Position numbers and translations under genes: made by a program. A stretch of DNA of 41,272 nucleotides, from the NCBI GenBank assembly GCA_965648935.1, contig CBFGIY010000002.1:28505-69776 (forward strand), written 5' to 3'. Below are positions 26,857-36,761 of the stretch, piece after piece. The notes beneath the pieces are model-generated. The model saw only the letters and a list, made by a program, of their open reading frames with translations. It was not told where the DNA came from and did not search any database. The DNA comes from a candidate division WOR-3 bacterium. Lineage in GTDB: Bacteria; Hydrothermota; Tepidihabitantia; Tepidihabitantales; Tepidihabitantaceae. Numbering within the stretch: position 1 is the first letter of the stretch; the number at the start of each line of letters is the position of its first letter.

Positions 26857-27345
26857 TCAATCGAAAATGCGCGCCAAGAAGAACTCGAACGGGCCGATGA
26901 TGGCGCGCGCCGCAGCCTTGGGGTCGTCAGTCGCAACCTCAATCCAATGAATGTAAAGCATATCGTCGGAGATATCGACGGTCATCGTGCCCGGTGTTAG
27001 CGTAATGGAGTTGGCTAGAAAGACCCGGGCAATGTCCGACTTCAGCGTGGTGCGTATCTTCACGATGCCCGGACGCAGTTGAAGCCCCGGGCTCAGGACG
27101 CGGAGGGCAACGTCGATATTGGACTTGAGGCACTGGTAGCCAAAAACCGGTATGTAGGCCAGAAGCCAGAACCAGCGTCGAGGGTCGAGGAGCTTCAGAG
27201 GGTGCAGCGGCAGATTGGCACCGAAGATCAGCGCGGTAATCAGTGCCGCCCCCCCACCGGCGATGACTTCCTCGTAGCGCAACGTCCAGACAAGCACAAG
27301 CCATACCAGCAGAGCAGCAACCCAGTAAGCCAAGCGGCGCGCCAT
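26857..27345 (-). CDS. Mrp antiporter subunit E (MnhE/MbhA-like)
   Basis: SNIDVALRVL, PGIV, LANSITLTPGT, LYIHWI. Confidence 0.92.
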   Translation of the reverse strand: MARRLAYWVAALLVWLVLVWTLRYEEVIAGGGAALITALIFGANLPLHPLKLLDPRRWFWLLAYIPVFGYQCLKSNIDVALRVLSPGLQLRPGIVKIRTTLKSDIARVFLANSITLTPGTMTVDISDDMLYIHWIEVATDDPKAAARAIIGPFEFFLARIFD

Positions 27346-27346
27346 C

Positions 27347-28855
27347 CTAGCCTCCCAGCACTGCCTGTGCGTACCCGATGCCGTCCATCAAGACACGCGC
27401 GGCCGGACCAACCAGCCAGTCCAGCGCCGGCTTGAACCCCAGACCCAGGAAGAGACTCATAACGACAAGCAGCATCGTGGCGCCGAGCATCGATACCGGC
27501 GCCTCACTCACCCCGGTAAGGGGTGCAACACCGCGTGCCAAATAGACCTTGCCGGCCAGCCGGGCAAAGTATGCAAGCGTGATGACCGACAACAGCGCTG
27601 CAATGCCGGCCAGCCAGTACATATGAGCTTGCAGAGCCCCGATCACTATGAACAGCTTCGAGAAGAAGCCCGCAAAAGGCGGTACGCCAGACAGCGACAG
27701 AGCCCCCACCAAATAGGACCAAGACGTGACAGGCATGGTCTTCTCGAGACCCGAAAGGTTTTCGATGTCGCGAGTACCTGCCTGCTGTTCGACTGAACCG
27801 GCCGTGAGAAACAGAGCTCCCTTGCCCAGCGCATGTGCAAGGATGTGAAAAAGTGCCCCGGCTATGCCCCAGAATCCGCCTATGCCGATTCCAACCAGAA
27901 TGTAGCCGATCTGACTGATGCTCGAGTAGGCCAGCAGGCGCTTGTAATCACGCTGAACATAGGCAAGCACCCCCCCGACGACTATGGACAACACGCCGAA
28001 TGCAAGCAACACGTTGAAAAACCAGGGGGTGGCTTCGCGTGTCAGACCGAAGACATTGAACATCATGCGAGTCATCGCGTACACGCCAAGCACCTTGATG
28101 AACACACCAGACAGGACGGCTGAAACCGGCGCCGGCGCCGACGGATGAGCATCAGGCAGCCATGCATGGAATGGCACCATTGCCATTTTCACTGCAAACC
28201 CAATGAGAAAAGTTGCGACAATGAACCAGAAGAGCGGCGTATGCCCCACTGCGGCGAGGACGCGGGCAGCGTCGGCCATGTTGAGAGTACCGGTCAGAGA
28301 ATAGAGAAGGGCGGTTGCCAGCAGGATCGCCACGCCGCCAATCTCCCCTATCACCATGTACTTGAACCCGGCCTCCAGCTCGTCAAAGTCGGTACCGAAA
28401 GCCACCAGGGCGTACGAAGCAACAGCAGCGATCTCGGTGAAAACAAAAAGGTTGAACACATCACCGGATACGGCCACGCCATTCAGCCCGGCGAGCACCA
28501 GCATGAACAGCGTATAGAACTTCCAGCGAGCGGTGTAATGGTCAAGGTAGCGTACTGAGAAGAGCAGCGCCGCGAAACCGACCGAGTTCAGTGCGAAGAC
28601 CACCAGCGCAGTCAGAGGGTCATACACAAGCGCTATACCAAGCGGCGGCGCCCAGCCACCCATGTGATACACCTGTATCGAGGAACCAGTCGCGAGCATC
28701 GCGACGCCGTAGCAGCCCAGCCCGAGCAGAACCGCCCCGGCGAGGTTGGCAAGCAAGTCGGAAAGACCAGACCAGATTCGGTTGAGCAACGGGATGAGGA
28801 ATGCGGCGCAGAGCGGCACAGCGACAAAGAGAGGCAGGAAGTTGCTGTTCGCCAA
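27347..28855 (-). CDS. Antiporter-like subunit, MrpD/MbhH type
   Basis: GGWAPPLGIAL, DVFNLFVFTEI, KMAMVPFHAWLPDAH, FIKVLG, KRLLAYSSISQIGY, PPFAGFFSK. Confidence 0.92.
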   Translation of the reverse strand: MANSNFLPLFVAVPLCAAFLIPLLNRIWSGLSDLLANLAGAVLLGLGCYGVAMLATGSSIQVYHMGGWAPPLGIALVYDPLTALVVFALNSVGFAALLFSVRYLDHYTARWKFYTLFMLVLAGLNGVAVSGDVFNLFVFTEIAAVASYALVAFGTDFDELEAGFKYMVIGEIGGVAILLATALLYSLTGTLNMADAARVLAAVGHTPLFWFIVATFLIGFAVKMAMVPFHAWLPDAHPSAPAPVSAVLSGVFIKVLGVYAMTRMMFNVFGLTREATPWFFNVLLAFGVLSIVVGGVLAYVQRDYKRLLAYSSISQIGYILVGIGIGGFWGIAGALFHILAHALGKGALFLTAGSVEQQAGTRDIENLSGLEKTMPVTSWSYLVGALSLSGVPPFAGFFSKLFIVIGALQAHMYWLAGIAALLSVITLAYFARLAGKVYLARGVAPLTGVSEAPVSMLGATMLLVVMSLFLGLGFKPALDWLVGPAARVLMDGIGYAQAVLGG

Positions 28856-28857
28856 GG

Positions 28858-29196
28858 TTACCCCTTCAGACGCCGAATCTCGACAATGTCAAACGTCTTG
28901 TACTTCTCATAGATGCGCATCGCGAGCGCCAGCATCAGCGCCGTGGTCGCCAACCCGATGACGATGGACGTTAGGACTAGAGCCTGCGGAACCGGGTCAA
29001 CGTAGTTACGGGCTGCTGCGGAATCGGTGATTATCGGCGGCAGAGCATTGAGTCGATACCCGACAACAGCAAACAGGACGTTCACCGAGTACTCGATTAG
29101 GATGAAGCCGATGATGATCTTAATGAGGTTGCGCTTGGCCACAACCGCGTACAGCCCGATGAGGAACAACAGCACACAGGCAAGCAATACGACCAT
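28858..29196 (-). CDS. Mrp antiporter subunit C (MnhC/MbhG/NuoK-like)
   Basis: NLIKIIIG and DPVPQALVLTSIVIG. Confidence 0.92.
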   Translation of the reverse strand: MVVLLACVLLFLIGLYAVVAKRNLIKIIIGFILIEYSVNVLFAVVGYRLNALPPIITDSAAARNYVDPVPQALVLTSIVIGLATTALMLALAMRIYEKYKTFDIVEIRRLKG

Positions 29197-29199
29197 CCG

Positions 29200-29640
29200 C
29201 TACTCCTTCATGGCAAAACGCGAGGCACCCAGCGCCAGAAAAACCGCAAACAGCCCGGCACCGACCTTCATGCCAATCGCGATGTTGGCCGGCAGGATCA
29301 GACCACCGCTGATCAGCCTGAGCGGCTGGCCTGTGCCGTAGAGGGTAACGTTGCTGAAGAAACGCTGGCCCGCGAGGTAACCGGCCAGAGCCAAACCAAT
29401 GAAGAGAAGCCCGCCGATGCTCTCAAAGACCGAGGAAAACGTGTAGGAGTTGCGCTCAGCACTCTCCACCGACCCGAATGCCAGCGAGACCAGGATGAAA
29501 GCGGCCGCGACGAGCACGCCCCCGGCGAAGCCACCACCCGGCGTAAGGTGGCCATGCAGAATGATGTAGCAGCCATACAGGAACATCATACCGGCAAGCA
29601 GGCGGGCAATGGTCTGGACTATGAGCGACATTCCGCGCAT
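29200..29640 (-). CDS. MnhB-domain subunit (MbhF-like)
   Basis: ILHGHLTPGGGFAGG and NIAIGMKVG; start ATG 29640. Confidence 0.9.
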   Translation of the reverse strand: MRGMSLIVQTIARLLAGMMFLYGCYIILHGHLTPGGGFAGGVLVAAAFILVSLAFGSVESAERNSYTFSSVFESIGGLLFIGLALAGYLAGQRFFSNVTLYGTGQPLRLISGGLILPANIAIGMKVGAGLFAVFLALGASRFAMKE

Positions 29641-29641
29641 T

Positions 29642-30196
29642 TCAGCTCTCCTTGCCCTCCACGCGGGCCTTGCGGCCGATGCGTCGTACAACAGTCAGCA
29701 CGCCAAGCACGGCCGTGAACAGCACTGTCACCTCGCCCAATGTGTCGTAGCCTCGAAAATCGAGGATTATCGCTGCAACGATGTTGGCTGCCCCCGTCCG
29801 GGCGAGTCCTGTCTGGATGTACTCAGAGGCAACGCGCATAGTCGGGCTGCCGAACGGCGGCAGCCCTCGGAGTACTCCTGCCGCCAGTATAATGAAGAGC
29901 AACGCGAAAACGGCGAAGACTGACAGCGGCAGTATCATCTGTCTAACGCTCTTGCCACCAACAGTGCTGTCGACACTGGTTGAGCGCAGCACGACAGCGG
30001 CGAAGAACACAACCGTCAGCGTTTCGACAACGACCTGAACGATTGCGAGGTCAGGTGCCTGCAACAGAAGAAAGATAATGGCCACGCTGAAGCCGACCAG
30101 CCCAAGTGCGACCGCCGCAGCGAGCAAGTCACGGATTTCGATTGCGACCAGCGCCGCGATCAGCATCGCTGCAAGCAGGATGTATATCTCAGTCAT
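29642..30196 (-). CDS. DUF4040/MrpA C-terminal-like subunit (fused MbhD+MbhE-like)
   Basis: QAPDLAIVQVVVE and NIVAAIILDFRGYDTLGEVTVLF; start ATG 30196. Confidence 0.88.
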   Translation of the reverse strand: MTEIYILLAAMLIAALVAIEIRDLLAAAVALGLVGFSVAIIFLLLQAPDLAIVQVVVETLTVVFFAAVVLRSTSVDSTVGGKSVRQMILPLSVFAVFALLFIILAAGVLRGLPPFGSPTMRVASEYIQTGLARTGAANIVAAIILDFRGYDTLGEVTVLFTAVLGVLTVVRRIGRKARVEGKES

Positions 30197-30198
30197 CG

Positions 30199-32103
30199 CT
30201 ACCTCAGCACCATCACGATGTAGAACACAATCGCACCGATGAAGACCCACGCCACATAAAGAGGCAGCAGACCATTCTGCAACGTAGCCAATCCCCTCCC
30301 AACAAGCCGCACGAGGCTGGCTACAGAACTGAAAAGGCGCTCGAGTATATGCCGGTTGAACGCTCGAGCCAGCTGGCCGGCTGTGGACAGCAATGCCCCA
30401 ACCCAGTGGAACACGTCGAAGGAACCGAGACTGCCGAACCTCAGAAGGTCGTCTATGACCGGCAGAGCTTTTACGGACGAGTAGAAGGAGGTTCCGGGTA
30501 CGCGACTCTCCTCGGAGTCGGCGATGGCTTCACCGCCGACATAGCTTCGTGCAACCATTGCCCGGCGCGCAGTCCCAAGCAGATAGACCAGCGCGCCGAT
30601 TCCCAGCGCAACCAGCATGAGAAGCGTAACAGGCACTGGCTGCCAGATACCTTGCATCTCGACCACGAAGGGCAGGCCGGGAAGTACGAGTTGCCGCAGC
30701 GCCAACGGGAGAGCCAGGATTCCGAAGGCAACACACGCCAACGCGATGAGCATTGGCGGCAACCACATGACGAAGCCTGCTTCACGGACCCCTTCAAGCG
30801 ACCGAGGCCGCTGACCGAGAAAGATAGCATGCAGCAGCTTGAGGAATGACGCCAATGTCAGAACACTTCCCAGCATCGCTGCAACAAGGAACACCGGGAA
30901 CAATTGATTACCCTCGCGACCGACCTCGATAATCCCCTGGTATACCATCCACTTCGAAGCAAAACCGTTCATCGGTGGAACGCCGGCTATCGCAGCTGCG
31001 GCTATAAGGAAAGCAACGAAGGTCAAGGGCATGCCTGCTGCTAGCCCGCCAAGCTCGTCGATCCGGTCGGTCTTGGCTCGGTCCTGAACAGAACCAACAG
31101 CCAGAAACAGGCCAGTCTTGTACAGGGCGTTGTTGAGCATGTGGAACAAGCCACCCGCGATTCCCACGGGGACTCCAGTGCCGATGCCAATCACCATGTA
31201 GCCAACTTGAGAAACGGCGTGAAACGCCAGCAGTCGCATCGCCCGTTTCTGTACAAGCGCCATCATCACGGCACCGAGCACGGTGACTGCGCCAAGCGCC
31301 ATAAGGACCGTGCGTAGTGTCATGTTCGAGGAAATGTCGAACATGTATACTGACAACCTTGTCAGCAGGTAGATGCCGAGCAGCTTGTCGAGGGCGGCCG
31401 GCACCAGAGCCATGACCGACGCCGGTGAACTCTCCGATGCGGCAGGAATCCATGAGTGGAGCGGCATTGACCCGGCCTTTGTCAGTGCGCCGAGCGCAAC
31501 CAGCAGGAAGGCTGCAATCGCCAGAGGATCAGAGAGCCGCATTGCTACCGGCGGAACGAGATCAACCCAGCCGCTCCGCAGGGCCAGTATAGCTATGCCC
31601 AACAGCATCGCGAAATCGGATAGACCAACGAGCACAAGCATCTTGGTCGCGGCGGCCTGGCCGTCGCCACGGCCAACGAGAAGCAGCCCGTAGACCAACG
31701 CCAGCAGACAACCCCAGAAGAACAACATTACGAGCAAGTTAGCCGCCAGCAGAACACCGAAAGAGCAAGCCAGCGTCAGCAGTGCGTACAGGTAGAAGCC
31801 ACGCGCGCCAGGAGTACCGCGCATCGAACGCAGCGAATACAGCAGGACCAGCACGCCGAGCACCGCGGCAAACAGCAGCACGAAACCCGACAGGGCATCC
31901 AGTCTGAAGGCCACTTCAATACCGCCTCGGCGCAGAGCGCTGAAAAGGATCACGTCCTTCCGCGACTGCAGAAAGAGACGGATCACATAGTACAGCGGGA
32001 CAACGCCGCCGATGAAGCTCAGTTCGGCCCTGAGTTTCCCCAGAACATAGGCCAGTAGTGCGGCAGCGATGGGAATCAGGATGACCAGCAGGAATGGATG
32101 CAT
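30199..32103 (-). CDS. Antiporter-like subunit, long (NuoL/MrpA/HyfB-like)
   Basis: TKAGSMPLHSWIP, LLAFHAVSQVGY, FHMLNNALYKTGLFL, PPMNGFASKW; C-terminal extension ending QNGLLPLYVAW. Confidence 0.88.
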   Translation of the reverse strand: MHPFLLVILIPIAAALLAYVLGKLRAELSFIGGVVPLYYVIRLFLQSRKDVILFSALRRGGIEVAFRLDALSGFVLLFAAVLGVLVLLYSLRSMRGTPGARGFYLYALLTLACSFGVLLAANLLVMLFFWGCLLALVYGLLLVGRGDGQAAATKMLVLVGLSDFAMLLGIAILALRSGWVDLVPPVAMRLSDPLAIAAFLLVALGALTKAGSMPLHSWIPAASESSPASVMALVPAALDKLLGIYLLTRLSVYMFDISSNMTLRTVLMALGAVTVLGAVMMALVQKRAMRLLAFHAVSQVGYMVIGIGTGVPVGIAGGLFHMLNNALYKTGLFLAVGSVQDRAKTDRIDELGGLAAGMPLTFVAFLIAAAAIAGVPPMNGFASKWMVYQGIIEVGREGNQLFPVFLVAAMLGSVLTLASFLKLLHAIFLGQRPRSLEGVREAGFVMWLPPMLIALACVAFGILALPLALRQLVLPGLPFVVEMQGIWQPVPVTLLMLVALGIGALVYLLGTARRAMVARSYVGGEAIADSEESRVPGTSFYSSVKALPVIDDLLRFGSLGSFDVFHWVGALLSTAGQLARAFNRHILERLFSSVASLVRLVGRGLATLQNGLLPLYVAWVFIGAIVFYIVMVLR

Positions 32104-33338
32104 CAGCGCCCTCCCACTCCAAGCCCGATCTCAAGCCAGTTGACCGGCACCCCGTACAGCACGCCACCGGCGAACACGACGACCGCCACGACTGCTACGA
32201 GCACCACCGGCATGAGCGGAAGCGGTCGCCAATCGGCGCTAGGCCGGAGTCCGCCGAGGAACACACCTGCGTACAACCGAGCCATGTAGGCAATCGTGAA
32301 GAGCGCGGCGATCACGGCTCCGATGCCGAAAACCAGACCGCGGTCAACTGCCGCAAGCACCACGCCGACCTTAGCGAAGAAGCCGAGAGACGGTGGGATG
32401 CCTACTATCGTGAGCGCAAGCATCGCGCTCGAGGCTGCCAGTACCGGCGAATGGCGAGCCGCACCGCCAAGCTCAGCCAACTCGGTCTTACCGGTTGCGT
32501 CCTCGACCAGACCCAGCGAGAAGAACAACCCGGCCTTGGCCAAGGCGTGGGCGGCGACATACAGCAACGAGCCCATCACGCCATAGTATGAAACTGTTGC
32601 CAACCCCAGAAGGATGAAACCAAGCTGGCCGATGGTTGAGTAGACCAACAGCGTTCGGGTGCCGCGCGCGACCAGAGCGGCGCCGCCCGCAAAGACACTG
32701 GACACGACCGCAAGGCCGGCGACAAATGGCAAGAATTCGCCCTGCGCGTGCATCCCGATGACGAATAGCTTGAGAAAGAGAACGATGCCGATGTTCTCGG
32801 CCACACCCGACAACAACGCGCAGACGGGAGCGGGGGCGGCGCGGTAAGCGCGAGGCAGCCAAACATAGAGCGGCAGAATGGCCGACTTGGCCAGAATGCC
32901 GACCAGTAGCAGCGCAGCGGGCAGGATGTCGATTGGCCGACCTGAGAGAGCGTCGAGACTGAACGTTTCGTAGCGCACGAACACCAGAGCTAGCCCAACC
33001 AGCATCAAGGAAGCCGCGGCGAAGTTCACAAGCCATGCCCAGGCCGCCGCATCGACGCTGTCTTCGCCGCGATGGAATGCGACCAAGCGCCAGATGGCGA
33101 AGCCCGATATCTCCCACAGCGCAAAGATGACCAGAAGGTTGCGCGCGAAGGCGACACCGATGCCGCAACCGGTCAGGAGCAACAAAAAGACGTAGTATTC
33201 CACGCGCCGGCCCGCGCCGCCGCGTATGCTTGACAACGAATAAAGCAGCGCCAGTACTCCGACCAGCGCGAACACGCCGGCAAAGAACACCTCGACATTG
33301 CCGCCGCCGAAGTCAAGCCAGCCTGCGTTGATGGTCAT
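32103..33338 (-). CDS. Antiporter-like subunit, short (proton_antipo_M)
   Basis: LWEISG, AKSAILPLYVWLPRAY, LVYSTIGQLGF, HALAKAGLFF, PPSLGFFAK. Confidence 0.85.
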   Translation of the reverse strand: MTINAGWLDFGGGNVEVFFAGVFALVGVLALLYSLSSIRGGAGRRVEYYVFLLLLTGCGIGVAFARNLLVIFALWEISGFAIWRLVAFHRGEDSVDAAAWAWLVNFAAASLMLVGLALVFVRYETFSLDALSGRPIDILPAALLLVGILAKSAILPLYVWLPRAYRAAPAPVCALLSGVAENIGIVLFLKLFVIGMHAQGEFLPFVAGLAVVSSVFAGGAALVARGTRTLLVYSTIGQLGFILLGLATVSYYGVMGSLLYVAAHALAKAGLFFSLGLVEDATGKTELAELGGAARHSPVLAASSAMLALTIVGIPPSLGFFAKVGVVLAAVDRGLVFGIGAVIAALFTIAYMARLYAGVFLGGLRPSADWRPLPLMPVVLVAVVAVVVFAGGVLYGVPVNWLEIGLGVGGR

Positions 33339-34534
33339 CGTAGCCGATCCCGCACGCGCTCGGTCTTCTGCCAGGACAGCTTGAGCAGCTCCCGCCAGGT
33401 ATACTTCAGCCGGCCGTCCTCAAACGCGGCCATGCGCTCGGTGCAGCAGTAGCACGGGTCGACCGCGGCCAGCGTCAGCGCCGCGTCAGCGATGCTTCCG
33501 CCGCGTACTGCAACGACGTTCGAGGCGATGTTCATGTAGCTGGGCGCCCTAACCTTGTGGCGCAGAGGGCGGTTCGTGCCATCCGACCGGATGTAGTGGA
33601 ATACCTCGCCACGCGGTGCCTCCTGCCGACCGACGCCCTCGCCCGGCGGTATCTCATCGACCCGTGTCTCAATCGGCCCGTCCGGCAGATTCTGTAGTGC
33701 GTGACGTATTATTCTCACCGATTCGATGTTCTCGAGCAGACGAACCTTGGCCTTGGCGAAGACGTCACCCTCGTTGCAGACAATGACGTTGAATGGCATC
33801 TCGCCGTAGGCGGCGCAGGGCTCGTCGCGGCGCAGGTCGATATCGTAACCGGAGCCGCGCGCCGTCGGACCTACCGTCGAATAGGCGATCGCCTGCTCAC
33901 GGGTCAGCACTCCGACGCCCTCAAGCCGTGCCCGGATTACCGGATCGTCGAGCACGGCGTTGGTGAGCATAAGGTTCTTCTTCTCAACAAGGTCCAGGAC
34001 CTTAAGGATATCTGGAATCTGTTCCCTTTTGATGTCACGACGCACACCGCCCGGCTTGTTTGCCGCGTAGTGGTTACGGTTGCCGGTCAGCATCTCGAAT
34101 ATCTGAAGAACCGGTTCGCGGTAACGCCACGCCCACATCCAGACCGTGTTGTAACCGATGAAGTGGCCGGCCAGCCCGACCCAGAGCAGGTGGGAGTGGA
34201 TGCGCTCCAGCTCCTGAGTGATGACTCGTATATACTGCGCCCGGGGCGGCGGGGTAATCCCGGCGCAGTCCTCGGCCGCGAGCACGCAGGCGAACGGATG
34301 GGAGTTCGAGCAGATGCCGCAGATGCGCTCAACGAGAAAAGGAATCTGGTCGTAGGTCAGCTCGGGCGAGATGAACTCGTGGCCGCGGTGGTTGTATCCG
34401 AGGTTGATCTCCATATCAACCACGGTTTCGCCCTCTACGATGAGCTTGAAGAACTCCGGCTCCTCCTGGAGCGGGTGGTACGGCCCGATCGGTACTATCC
34501 GCCTACTTTTCGTGCTGGTCGGCTCTGTGCTCAT
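33335..34534 (-). CDS. Group 4 [NiFe]-hydrogenase large subunit
   Basis: GPYHPLQEEP, L1 ERICGICSNSH, EAPRGE and L2 DPCYCCTER: all four Ni-ligating Cys present; C-terminal extension after Arg. Confidence 0.93.
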   Translation of the reverse strand: MSTEPTSTKSRRIVPIGPYHPLQEEPEFFKLIVEGETVVDMEINLGYNHRGHEFISPELTYDQIPFLVERICGICSNSHPFACVLAAEDCAGITPPPRAQYIRVITQELERIHSHLLWVGLAGHFIGYNTVWMWAWRYREPVLQIFEMLTGNRNHYAANKPGGVRRDIKREQIPDILKVLDLVEKKNLMLTNAVLDDPVIRARLEGVGVLTREQAIAYSTVGPTARGSGYDIDLRRDEPCAAYGEMPFNVIVCNEGDVFAKAKVRLLENIESVRIIRHALQNLPDGPIETRVDEIPPGEGVGRQEAPRGEVFHYIRSDGTNRPLRHKVRAPSYMNIASNVVAVRGGSIADAALTLAAVDPCYCCTERMAAFEDGRLKYTWRELLKLSWQKTERVRDRLR

Positions 34535-34955
34535 AGTCTCTCCGCAGGGGCCGGCGTGCCGGATCCCAGTCGGTATCCGAAGTCAGAAAAGGTATCGGGT
34601 TGGGGTGCCCGACGAACTCCATGCCGAGCAACTCGGCCATTTCGCGCTCGATCCACTCCGCAGCCGGAAACCATGCGCCCTGTGATTCGATCTTGGGATC
34701 GTCCTTGGGCACCAGAACCTTGAGCGTGTAGAGCGCGCCCAGCCGATCATCGGAAAAATGGTAGAGTATCTCGTAACCCTCGCGCGTGTCGATGCCCGTG
34801 CATATCGACAGCCGGCACCCCAGTTCCTGATGCAACAGCCGACACGCAGCCGTGATGTCGGCACGAGAAATGCGCAGGTAGTAGCGCCGCGCGTTGTGAA
34901 CGTAGACTTCGGCCTTGGGGAAACGCTCGCGAAATGCTTGTTCGATTGCCGTCAT
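34503..34955 (-). CDS. NuoC/EchD/MbhK-like subunit
   Basis: ICTGID, EILYHF, PAAEWIEREMAELLGMEFVGHP, PLRRD. Confidence 0.9.
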   Translation of the reverse strand: MTAIEQAFRERFPKAEVYVHNARRYYLRISRADITAACRLLHQELGCRLSICTGIDTREGYEILYHFSDDRLGALYTLKVLVPKDDPKIESQGAWFPAAEWIEREMAELLGMEFVGHPNPIPFLTSDTDWDPARRPLRRDYEHRADQHEK

Positions 34956-35368
34956 AGCTTGGAAAGCGCCTTGACGATACCCAGTATCATCGCCTCAGGC
35001 TTGGGCGGACATCCCGGGATGTAGGCATGCATCGGCAAATGCTTGTCATAGGGCCCGACCGCATTGTAGGAGTTACGGAACATCTGCTTGCCGCAGGCGC
35101 AGGTCCCGATGCCGATGACCAGGCAAGGTTTGGCCGCCTGCTCGTAGGTCTCAATCATCCGCGGGAGTGACTTTCGGTTGATTACGCCGGTCACGAGCAA
35201 GGCGTCGGCGTGGCGCGGCGACCCGACCAGCACGACCCCGAATCGTTCGACGTCGTAGCGTGGCGTCAGAAGCTCAAGTATCTCGATGTCGCAGTTATTG
35301 CACGATGCCGCGCACAGGTGATACACCCAAGGCGAGCGCTTCAGTCCCCATAGTCCGAGCTTGCTCAT
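34952..35368 (-). CDS. Group 4 hydrogenase small subunit (HycG/MbhJ/NuoB-like)
   Basis: SCNNCDIE (CxxC, hydrogenase type), SPRHADALLVTG, GTCA, IPGCPPKP. Confidence 0.92.
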   Translation of the reverse strand: MSKLGLWGLKRSPWVYHLCAASCNNCDIEILELLTPRYDVERFGVVLVGSPRHADALLVTGVINRKSLPRMIETYEQAAKPCLVIGIGTCACGKQMFRNSYNAVGPYDKHLPMHAYIPGCPPKPEAMILGIVKALSKL

Positions 35369-36294
35369 AGTCCCACGGAAGCGAGTATGACCGCGACCAC
35401 GCCCAGTCCGCCCAGGCCGAACCAGAAGAAACGCAGGGCCTGGTCGATGCGCAATCGCGGGTTAGTGTTCTTGATGAGAATTACCAGCACGGCGATGGCG
35501 ACAAGCTTCAGCACGCCCCACCAGTCACCGAACCCGCCCCAGAGGATGGTAATGAGAAACAGGGGCAGCAGGAAGAACATCATCGCCCGGGTGATGCGGT
35601 ATACGGCCAGCAACATCCCCGAGTACTCGACATACACACCGCTCATTATCTCCTGCTCCGCCTCGGCCATGTCAAACGGCACGAAGCCGAGCTTCGCTTG
35701 CACGGCCAGCAGCACGATGACCGCGGCGATGACCCCGGAGATCGAGTACAGGAATGGGCCGCGCGCAGCCTGGGCAAGAACGATGTCGCCCAGTCTTATC
35801 GCCCCGCCCGACTTGATTATGGGCACGAGCAGCGCCAGCAACAGCGGCAGCTCATAGCCCATGTACAGCATCATCTCGCGCGACGCACCGACCGCGGCCA
35901 GCGGATTGCGGCTGGCCGATGCGCCGACTATCACGGCCAGCGGTGGCAGGGCAAACAGGTAGACCATCACCAGCAGGTCGCCGATGAAGGACCCGTCGGG
36001 CCGGAAGTTCACAAAGAACAGCAGCGCCGATACCAGGCACATCCCGACCAAACCCAGCAAGGGCGCCATAAGGAATGTCGTGCGGTGAGCACCGGCCGGC
36101 ACATGGGTTTCTTTGATGGTCAGCTTGAGGATGTCGGCGAACGGCTGGATGAAGGGTGGGCCGACCCGCATCTGCACCCGCGCCGACACAAACCGGTCAA
36201 CCCAGGTCAGCACCAGTCCGACCAGCGCGCTGAACAGAAAGCCCGGGAAGATGACGAACGCGAAAGCCAATCCCCAGCCCTGCCAGAGGTTCAC
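35365..36294 (-). CDS. NuoH/HycD/MbhM-like membrane subunit
   Basis: ARVQMRVGPPFIQPFADILKL, VGASRE, PFDMAEAEQEIMSGVYVEYSG, PRLRIDQ; start GTG 36294. Confidence 0.92.
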   Translation of the reverse strand: MNLWQGWGLAFAFVIFPGFLFSALVGLVLTWVDRFVSARVQMRVGPPFIQPFADILKLTIKETHVPAGAHRTTFLMAPLLGLVGMCLVSALLFFVNFRPDGSFIGDLLVMVYLFALPPLAVIVGASASRNPLAAVGASREMMLYMGYELPLLLALLVPIIKSGGAIRLGDIVLAQAARGPFLYSISGVIAAVIVLLAVQAKLGFVPFDMAEAEQEIMSGVYVEYSGMLLAVYRITRAMMFFLLPLFLITILWGGFGDWWGVLKLVAIAVLVILIKNTNPRLRIDQALRFFWFGLGGLGVVAVILASVGL

Positions 36295-36761
36295 GGCCGC
36301 CTCCAATGAGCTGATCGGCCGGAGTGACGCGCACCGACCGCGGTCTCCAGTTTCGCCGGCGTCTCGACGAACTGCAACGCCCCGGTGGGACAGGTCTGCA
36401 CGCAACGCGGGCCCTCGGGCCGGTCGCTGCACAGGCTGCACTTCTGGGCCATGTGCCGCACAAGCTCGGGCTGGATCACCCCGAACGGGCACGCCAGGGC
36501 GCAGGACCGACACCCGACGCAATGGAAGTCGGACTTCCGCACTATGCCGGTCTCAGGGTCACGGACTATGACCTTGAACGGACAGGCTGCGGCGCAGAGC
36601 GGTTCCTCGCAGTGGCGACACGCCTGCGGCATCAGGGTCGCAGCGTCCAGTTCGGCGTGCCGGATGCGTGCCTCGCCCTTGAAGCGCGAACGGCAGGCCG
36701 CCTCACACGACCGGCAACCGATGCAGTAGTCAAGGCGCAGTACGATGTTCTTCACAGCCAC
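36291..36761 (-). CDS. Polyferredoxin electron-transfer subunit (HycB/HydN/CooF-like)
   Basis: CIGCRSCEAAC, CRHCEEPLCAAACP, CVGCRSCALACPFG, KCSLC...CVQTCPTGAL. Confidence 0.9.
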   Translation of the reverse strand: MAVKNIVLRLDYCIGCRSCEAACRSRFKGEARIRHAELDAATLMPQACRHCEEPLCAAACPFKVIVRDPETGIVRKSDFHCVGCRSCALACPFGVIQPELVRHMAQKCSLCSDRPEGPRCVQTCPTGALQFVETPAKLETAVGARHSGRSAHWRRP

